Below are positions 10,094 through 16,108 of a DNA stretch of 23,652 bases, in pieces. Each line of letters begins with the position of its first letter. Positions within the stretch are counted from its first letter, which is position 1. The notes below the pieces were generated by a model, which saw only the letters and a list, made by a program, of their open reading frames with translations, ran no database searches and had not been told where the DNA came from. This DNA is from Planctomycetota bacterium (GTDB lineage Bacteria > Planctomycetota > GCA-002687715 > DRQF01): the NCBI GenBank assembly GCA_027001995.1, contig JALTLO010000041.1, positions 1 through 23,652 on the forward strand, written 5' to 3'. A program made the translations under genes and the position numbers.

Positions 10094-10990
10094 ATGGCTG
10101 TCACGCGACCCGAAGACAAGGATTTGCTCACAAAGCTCTTTGACGAAGTGGATGAATTAATGGATCCAAAGATCCGATCGCCTTGGAAAAGGGTCCGAAA
10201 ACGACAAATCAAGCGGACTGACACCGATGGTTGGCATGGCGAACTGGCAAGAAACGGTGGCATCACCTTCGAAGTCTGGATTGACAGGTGGGCCAGCGGC
10301 AAGGATGGTCTGCGGCAGTGGTGGTACGGTTTCGCCGGAGAAACCCCAATGGCCCGGCGAGCTATCGCCGAGGCGGCCCATTGTATCGACCCCGAGATCA
10401 GGGTGCTTAATGACGAAGCACAAACACGCTCATTGTCGATCCGAGGTCACACTTCGCTAGCCGAAAAAATAGACTTAGAAGATTTTGATGAGATCATTTG
10501 GGAGAATTACGAATGGGAGCGAACTGCGTTCCTGGGAGTCTTTTCACGAAATCGTTCCTTGAACAACCCGCCTTATCTCCTTGCAGACGAGATCGTCGAG
10601 TTCTTCAGTACTCACTCTGCGGAATTCGTCGACTCAGAACCACTAATTTACCCAAAAGAAGGTCAAGATAAGGTCGTCACTCATTTACGGAAGGAACGCT
10701 CCAATTCTTTTGTCCGCAACATGAAAGCTGCCCAAGGACCAGCCTGCGCTGTCTGCAGAACTGACCCACGAGAGATTTATGGCAAGGAGGTCGGCGAGAC
10801 CATCGTTGATGCTCATCACCTCATCCCACTTAAAGACTGCAAAAAGCCAAGACGTCCTCAGCGCCAGGACTTTGCCCTCGTCTGCCCCAATTGTCACAGA
10901 GCGCTTCATCGTCTTAAGAGCGGTACATCCGCAGTCAGTGTACTACGCCGCCTTGTGAAGAGAAACAGGGCGAGAAATGAGGCTAAGTAG
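10094..10990 (+). CDS. HNH endonuclease, McrA-like C-terminal domain (putative type IV restriction enzyme)
   Basis: EG..K..TH...ERS, CAVC, DAHHLIPL and LVCPNCHRALH motifs. The N-terminal ~180 aa are unrecognised. AGAGGA RBS upstream. Confidence 0.82.
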   Translation: MAVTRPEDKDLLTKLFDEVDELMDPKIRSPWKRVRKRQIKRTDTDGWHGELARNGGITFEVWIDRWASGKDGLRQWWYGFAGETPMARRAIAEAAHCIDPEIRVLNDEAQTRSLSIRGHTSLAEKIDLEDFDEIIWENYEWERTAFLGVFSRNRSLNNPPYLLADEIVEFFSTHSAEFVDSEPLIYPKEGQDKVVTHLRKERSNSFVRNMKAAQGPACAVCRTDPREIYGKEVGETIVDAHHLIPLKDCKKPRRPQRQDFALVCPNCHRALHRLKSGTSAVSVLRRLVKRNRARNEAK

Positions 10991-11756
10991 AGAAGGCGCC
11001 CACGATCCATCCAGTGCTCAACGCCACAGTCATGCTGGATAAGGTGCCAACCAAGACATACTCAGCGAAGTCTGAATCGGCTTCCATTGCTTTTGACCGA
11101 ACGATACCCTTAGCGGCAATCAGAAGGCCAAGAGCGCCATATTGCCCAGCCAGGACAAAGACATAAACGAGAATACGTTCGAGCACACCAATCTTCCAAC
11201 CCGCTCTTCTCTTAGCAGCCCCGTCACTCCCAAGTTCATCGGCCTCTTCTTCCGCTGGATCATTTTTGGTCTCCGGCTTCGCTCCAAGAACCACACTCAC
11301 CACAGTTGAACCACCACCCAAGATGAAACAAAATCCTGCCAAGGTGAAAAGCGAACCAGCCAAAGCGCCGGAATTCGTCGGGAGGACTAAGATCGGTGCC
11401 CTTAACGACAATTGATCAAAAGTCACAAGCAAAGGAATCACACAGAAAACAAACAAATGTCCACCAAGGCGAACGCCCCATCTCAGGTCTTCAAGAGGAA
11501 TGAGATGTCCAAGAATTTTGCAATTCGGCAGTTTCATCAACAACGACAAGACCGAGAATATCACGACCCAATGCAATTCATGGACTATCAAGCTCATGAC
11601 GATGCCAAACGCTAAGGAAGATGCGAATGCTCTCTTTGTCGTCTTGCTACTTGGCATTGGGTTGGCGAAATGGACCACCGACCATAGCAGCAATGGTTGG
11701 GCCCAAAGCAAGCGTGTTGATGGGGACAAGATGGATGTCAAATCGACTGGGGGCAT
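10983..11756 (-). CDS. DUF3307-family (SatE-like) multi-pass membrane protein
   Basis: Several hydrophobic segments and the C-terminal signature AGWKIGVLERIL...GLLIAAKGIVR...AEYVLVGTLSS. Directly downstream of satD. Start is ATG 11756 or TTG 11759. Confidence 0.8.
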   Translation of the reverse strand: MPPVDLTSILSPSTRLLWAQPLLLWSVVHFANPMPSSKTTKRAFASSLAFGIVMSLIVHELHWVVIFSVLSLLMKLPNCKILGHLIPLEDLRWGVRLGGHLFVFCVIPLLVTFDQLSLRAPILVLPTNSGALAGSLFTLAGFCFILGGGSTVVSVVLGAKPETKNDPAEEEADELGSDGAAKRRAGWKIGVLERILVYVFVLAGQYGALGLLIAAKGIVRSKAMEADSDFAEYVLVGTLSSMTVALSTGWIVGAFST

Positions 11757-11768
11757 CAATGAACTCAG

Positions 11769-12422
11769 CTATTTTGGGAGACTCTCACTTGTGTGATCGA
11801 TGAGGCTCTTCAAACCCCGCTCTACCAAGACATGCAATTCCCAATCGAGGTTCTTTGCATGCCTGCTAATATTCTGGACGCTTTGTTTCCACTCAATGGA
11901 CACATCTGTCATCGTTTTTTCTTTACGGAGCTCGCTTGCCACTGCTGATTGCTTCTTAGTCCAGCCTCGCCTTTGAGTGCTGAGGGTCTGCCCGAGTGCC
12001 GTCATCGGAACATCCATATCAGCGCCAAATCCTCGAAACCCAACACCTCCCTTTCGTCGTCTCAACTCGCCTGTCATTAAGTCACGAGCGAAATGAAAGG
12101 CTGGCCCATCGATAGCCCCCACCGGCCGGTCAAGGGACGTATGAATTTCACCCTTGCCCACGGCAATTCTCAAATCAAACTGCATCTCCAAAGTCCACAA
12201 GATGTCAACGATGGGTGCCGAATGCTGAAGGAGCCCCTCACACTCGTCGCCCAATGTCAAAGTGAAAGGCGCAGCAATATCCGCTTCATATTTTTCGTTC
12301 AATGAATTTAGCGCCTCTTGGAGGTCATCTTGAATCTGCCATCGATCATCTTTGTATTGCCGCTTTGATTGGACCAAATCAGCCACGAAGGCATAGTAGT
12401 CGCGTGGATTCTTGTTTGTCAT
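11769..12422 (-). CDS. satD: SatD-family protein (nucleotide-cyclase-like N-terminal fold plus C-terminal HTH)
   Basis: Motifs AFVADLVQSK, FTLTLGDECEGLL, LRIAVGKGEI, DGPAFHFAR, then HTH-like WTKKQ...TMTDVS...SVQNISRH. ATG at 12422 with GAGGT RBS is preferred over TTG 12449. Confidence 0.85.
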   Translation of the reverse strand: MTNKNPRDYYAFVADLVQSKRQYKDDRWQIQDDLQEALNSLNEKYEADIAAPFTLTLGDECEGLLQHSAPIVDILWTLEMQFDLRIAVGKGEIHTSLDRPVGAIDGPAFHFARDLMTGELRRRKGGVGFRGFGADMDVPMTALGQTLSTQRRGWTKKQSAVASELRKEKTMTDVSIEWKQSVQNISRHAKNLDWELHVLVERGLKSLIDHTSESLPK

Positions 12423-12435
12423 AAGTGACCTCAAC

Positions 12436-12566
12436 TCAACCGATTCCAATTGATAAATAGATATAAACCAATATCAGTTGAAATATAATATTTAAACTTA
12501 TTTCAATTGAAATAAGTTTATCAACTGAATTCAGTTGATATCAGAAAATCAATTAAAATCGATTGA
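12436..12566. repeat. Array of five 18-bp palindromic operator-like sites, T(C/A)AAY-N8-RTTGA, 28-29 bp period
   Basis: Sites: TCAACCGATTCCAATTGA (12436), TAAACCAATATCAGTTGA (12464), TAAACTTATTTCAATTGA (12493), TCAACTGAATTCAGTTGA (12521), TCAATTAAAATCGATTGA (12549). Includes perfect palindromes of 28 bp (12493-12520) and 22 bp (12519-12540). Very AT-rich. Confidence 0.88.
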
Positions 12567-12999
12567 GAACATAGAAACCAACTAGCCCATCTCCATTGTT
12601 CTTCCTCAAATCTGGGACACAAGCATGGCAAAGCCATCTCTTGCTTGAAACTTCTCCAAGATGTCAACGCGGGTTTTCTGAGAAACAGAAGCAAATATTA
12701 AGAAAGCTTGGGAATCTTCCGCTGAACGCTCCAAGAACATCAAAGAAGAAAGAGAAGACAAGTATCCTTCTCCCTTCCCCGCGATATTTAGCCACCAACT
12801 TCATGAATTCAAGACGCCAGAATGCCACTCCCGTATATCCAATCTATCAACAGAATTCCAAGCAAGGCGCTGCCATATTGGCCATCGCAGAGAGCCCGAG
12901 CATGTGTGCAAATCTGCGGTGTTGAAACCCAGACGAGACAAGCGGACATTCCCCAAGGTTAGGCAAGCCGAATCCAAAGGCCACATAGGAAAGTAGAAA

Positions 13000-14949
13000 T
13001 CAAACAGCCATGATCCCTTGAGGGGTCACTTCGATCAGGCCGTATTGCAAAAGTTCCGTCTCGACAGTTTCACGGAATACTTGACGATCAAGTCCAACCG
13101 AACAAGCCAATCGGGCTTGGCCACATGGCCGGTTGCGTTGCCTAAGAAAGTTTAGAGTGCGGATGTGGTTGGGCCCGAAACCTCGATGGTCCATGCGGCG
13201 TTGCTTCAGCGCCTGCTCAACCAAGGCTCTGTCGATTATTGAGTATTCGTTTGCCAAGAGATGATCTTCCACGGACGCCAAGAGGGAAAGAGCCTTCCTT
13301 GGCGTTCCCATGGAAGCCTGAGCAATCATCAAGGAAGCTTCCGAATCAATGGGAGCACAAGATGCTTGTGACACAATATCCGCCAACTCCTCGTCGCTGT
13401 AACTCAAGAACTCTTCTTGCACAGTAAAGCGATCTCTCAGAGGTTTTGGCATAAGATTCGGATTCGTGGTGGCGCCAATCACGCAAACCTTCTTCTTATC
13501 CATGACGTCATAAAGTAACTCAGCCACACTTCTGGGTAAGCCATGGATCTCATCAATGAACAAGACACAGCCATCAACAACAGAAAGATCTTCCAAACAA
13601 GAAACAGCAACCCCAGTTCGTTCAATGAAGGGAGCTTCGGTCTCCACCGCAACCGCTCTTGCCATCGTGGTCTTCCCCAGCCCTGGAGGGCCAGTGAATA
13701 GAATGTGCCGAAGGGGCCGCTCAGCAACTCTGGCCGCCTGGCAAGCCACTCTCAGTCCTTCAATAACATGTTGCTGTCCTATGAGTTGCGAAAGATTCTT
13801 GCCCACGGCTTTGCCATGTTCAGGTGGCACACGTGTGCCACCATTTATTGCTTCAACAGAGATCCTAAGCCCTGAATGCCGAATCGGTTTAGCCAATTCG
13901 CGGCCATCTCGATCTGTGATCTTGATCTGATGAGGAGCCTGGCCCTTCACGACTAAGAATCCATCATGGATCATTCCGTGGCAGCGATTGCAAGCTGTTA
14001 TCAAATTGGCAGCATCTGTTTTGCCTCCGTTCGCCCGAAAGACAATGTGATGGGCATGAAGATTCGATGCGCTGCCACAATGCACACATCGCCCGCCATC
14101 TCTGGCCAAAACACGTTTGCGAAGAGCTGGGGAAGTGGGCGCTGCTTTTCCACCACCGACAACGTGAGCATCACAGTGAATGGTACTCGCTTCCGCATCG
14201 CTCAATTCGATGGGCCCATCTTCCGTATTCACATGAGACTTGGCACAGCTTGGGCACTGCCCCACGGATACACGATAAAGCGAGTCTCTTGATTCTTGAA
14301 TCCCTGGGGCACCAGCCATTTCACGAAGCCGGTATTCCGCCATGGCCAAGAGGACTTCCGCATCATCCAGCTCAGCCCCGGCCTCGGCACAGATCTTTCG
14401 TCTTGCCTGTTGCAGGATTTCATGAGCTGCCGGCGCTAGTTTTGCTCCGAACTGGAACCGTACGGAGGGAGTTCCCTTACCATCTTTGCGAGGCGCCCTG
14501 CCAAATTCAGCGCCTCGCATCTGCGCTTCCAATTGATGGCAGGAAAGTTCCAAGGCCCGCTCCAACCACGCCGCTTCGTTCTCAGGAGTGGCCACAGAAA
14601 CCAACAAGCGCAATTTTGACCACGCAAGATGTCCATCGCAAAATGCTTGGTCAATCAGTAGGAGTTCTCGCAAGGCTTTGCCCACAGCGACCAAGTCACG
14701 AGCATGCCGCCTGTTCATTGACAACCTTTGGCAAGCGAAGTGAACAGCACTTGAGAAACCAAGTTCTTGGTGCAACCCCCGTCTTTGCATGTCATCCAAA
14801 TAAAATGACAAACTCCGCCGGGCAATGTCGTTCGAGCGATGGCTGCGCACAAGCGCCTGCTCAAGCTCTCTTGCTTCAAGCCCTGGACGTAAACGGATAC
14901 AACAATTCTTTGATCTAACTGCCTGTTTTGTACTCATGAAAGTAACCAT
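13000..14949 (-). CDS. DUF222-like / HNH endonuclease / RuvB-like AAA+ fusion protein
   Basis: N-terminus ELGFSS..HFA..RL...AL.EL..ID.AF..G.L.WSK.RLL (DUF222-like). HNH: VLARDGGRCVHCG...HAHHI...GG.T...NLITACNRCHGMIH. RuvB-like C-terminus: IGQ, HILFTGPPGLGKTT, LFIDEIH, IGATT, PLRDRF, GTPR, VETELLQYGLIEVTPQG. Start is 14949 or 14937. Confidence 0.88.
   Translation of the reverse strand: MVTFMSTKQAVRSKNCCIRLRPGLEARELEQALVRSHRSNDIARRSLSFYLDDMQRRGLHQELGFSSAVHFACQRLSMNRRHARDLVAVGKALRELLLIDQAFCDGHLAWSKLRLLVSVATPENEAAWLERALELSCHQLEAQMRGAEFGRAPRKDGKGTPSVRFQFGAKLAPAAHEILQQARRKICAEAGAELDDAEVLLAMAEYRLREMAGAPGIQESRDSLYRVSVGQCPSCAKSHVNTEDGPIELSDAEASTIHCDAHVVGGGKAAPTSPALRKRVLARDGGRCVHCGSASNLHAHHIVFRANGGKTDAANLITACNRCHGMIHDGFLVVKGQAPHQIKITDRDGRELAKPIRHSGLRISVEAINGGTRVPPEHGKAVGKNLSQLIGQQHVIEGLRVACQAARVAERPLRHILFTGPPGLGKTTMARAVAVETEAPFIERTGVAVSCLEDLSVVDGCVLFIDEIHGLPRSVAELLYDVMDKKKVCVIGATTNPNLMPKPLRDRFTVQEEFLSYSDEELADIVSQASCAPIDSEASLMIAQASMGTPRKALSLLASVEDHLLANEYSIIDRALVEQALKQRRMDHRGFGPNHIRTLNFLRQRNRPCGQARLACSVGLDRQVFRETVETELLQYGLIEVTPQGIMAV
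13823..13842. repeat. Perfect 20-bp palindrome inside the CDS at the HNH-RuvB junction
   Basis: GGTGGCACACGTGTGCCACC equals its own reverse complement and encodes the linker GGTRVPP. Confidence 0.9.
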
Positions 14950-15105
14950 GTTTAGGTCGAAACCGGTTCTTCATTGTACAAACCAAGGGGGTCATTTCTT
15001 CCTCAGCGGAGGCTATCCATTGGCAAGCTTGACCGAGAAATGTGCGTCGGGCGAAGCCTTGTAGTGAAGTTTGAGATCGGACATGAATTCCGAGAGTTGA
15101 GAGAA

Positions 15106-15402
15106 CGATAGGTGGATACTTTGCTGCGCCGAACAAAGCGAGGCAATTTCTTGGATATCGCAGCGAGCATAGACGCGAAGGACTGCGGCTTGCACAACAA
15201 TATCGATGTCGAAGCTTTCATTGAGATGATCCCCTCGCACATGCCGGCGAGGAACACCGCCAAACACGGCACAACTTTCAGAAGCGGCCGCAACATTGCT
15301 GATCAAGTCCACAAGTCTTGGATTGGAAACTCTCTTCTCAAGAACAAAACGACGCAACCGCCGTTCAATCCGAGATCGCAATTCCAATTCAGGACTTGGC
15401 AT
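15106..15402 (-). pseudogene. Degraded nucleotidyltransferase-like gene (Pol-beta superfamily head)
   Basis: ATG 15402 with GAAGGG upstream. AVFGGVPRR...FDIDIVV resembles GG..RD...DxD but the RD Asp is lost. An apparent frameshift near 15195 leads into CKPQSFASMLAAISKKLPRFVRRSKVSTYR. Too short for a full enzyme; 3' boundary approximate. Confidence 0.5.
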
Positions 15403-15439
15403 AAAGACCCTTCAGATCCTTGTGAAACTCGACCAAGAG

Positions 15440-15710
15440 AGTATCTGTACCTGAATGGCATTATGTTCTTGGGGGATGACGCTATCTCAATATAGTTGTC
15501 AGATATTCGTGAGAATGCGTACTTGTGCGGTGGCAGCTTCCTTTTGCGGTCAATCTCGATTTTTGAGGACTTTTCCGAAATCGCCGACCAAGTCATGTCC
15601 ATCGTCTCTTGAATGATTTTGAAACCCCGGGCTTCAAGGCGCAAGACCGCTGTGGAGTTATAAGCCGTATCGGAAGCGAAACGTCTCAAACTGTCCGCCA
15701 GGAATTGCCA
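15440..15710 (-). pseudogene. C-terminal fragment of a dGTP triphosphohydrolase-like gene
   Basis: LADSLRRFASDTAYNSTAVLRLEARGFKIIQETMDMTW...KYAFSRISDNY...PFRYR resembles the dGTPase C-terminal helical region. The HD domain and terminal D.I.GMTD motif are absent. Boundaries approximate. Confidence 0.5.
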
Positions 15711-16108
15711 AAAAAGCGCCCGGTGCAATGCGCTATGTCGATACTTTGTGTTCCTGTAGATGGGCCCCCGTTGGGGAGCTATCAAGACATAGGCGGAAAC
15801 CGCTGTTTGGTTCCCATTCCTTCCACCCCAATTTGAGGAGCAAGCTTGGCAAACCCCAGCCCTCGGCTTGGACTACTCACACTTTGGCGACCGCTTCTTG
15901 CAACGATTGGGACTAGGAGGTGCCTCTTAGGTGGACATAGAAAAGCGCTGGAATCAAGATGAGGTCGTGCGCCAGGTAATCGCCCGAGGCGATCAACAAC
16001 TTGCTATGAGCCTTTTGCATGAGCCCTTCCCAAATCTCGGCGGTCAACTTAGACTTGCAATTGTCTCCATAGGAGATTTTCGTATGACTGATGGCATAGA
16101 GAAAAAAG

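Noticed and set aside
12436..12566. CRISPR array
   Set aside because: Units are degenerate 18-mers with only 10-11 bp linkers, and no cas genes are present. An operator array fits better.
12596..12986. Small ORFs or ncRNA between the operator array and the HNH-RuvB gene
   Set aside because: No recognisable motifs, RBS or convincing structure by eye; left unannotated.
13000..13800. Housekeeping ruvB
   Set aside because: Fused to HNH, lacks the RuvA-binding hairpin, and has no ruvA or ruvC neighbours, so the gene symbol was withheld.
14956..14981. LexA-like box upstream of the HNH-RuvB gene (AACCGGTT, TTGTACAA)
   Set aside because: Only short 8-bp palindromes that do not match GAAC-N4-GTTC or CTG-N10-CAG spacing.
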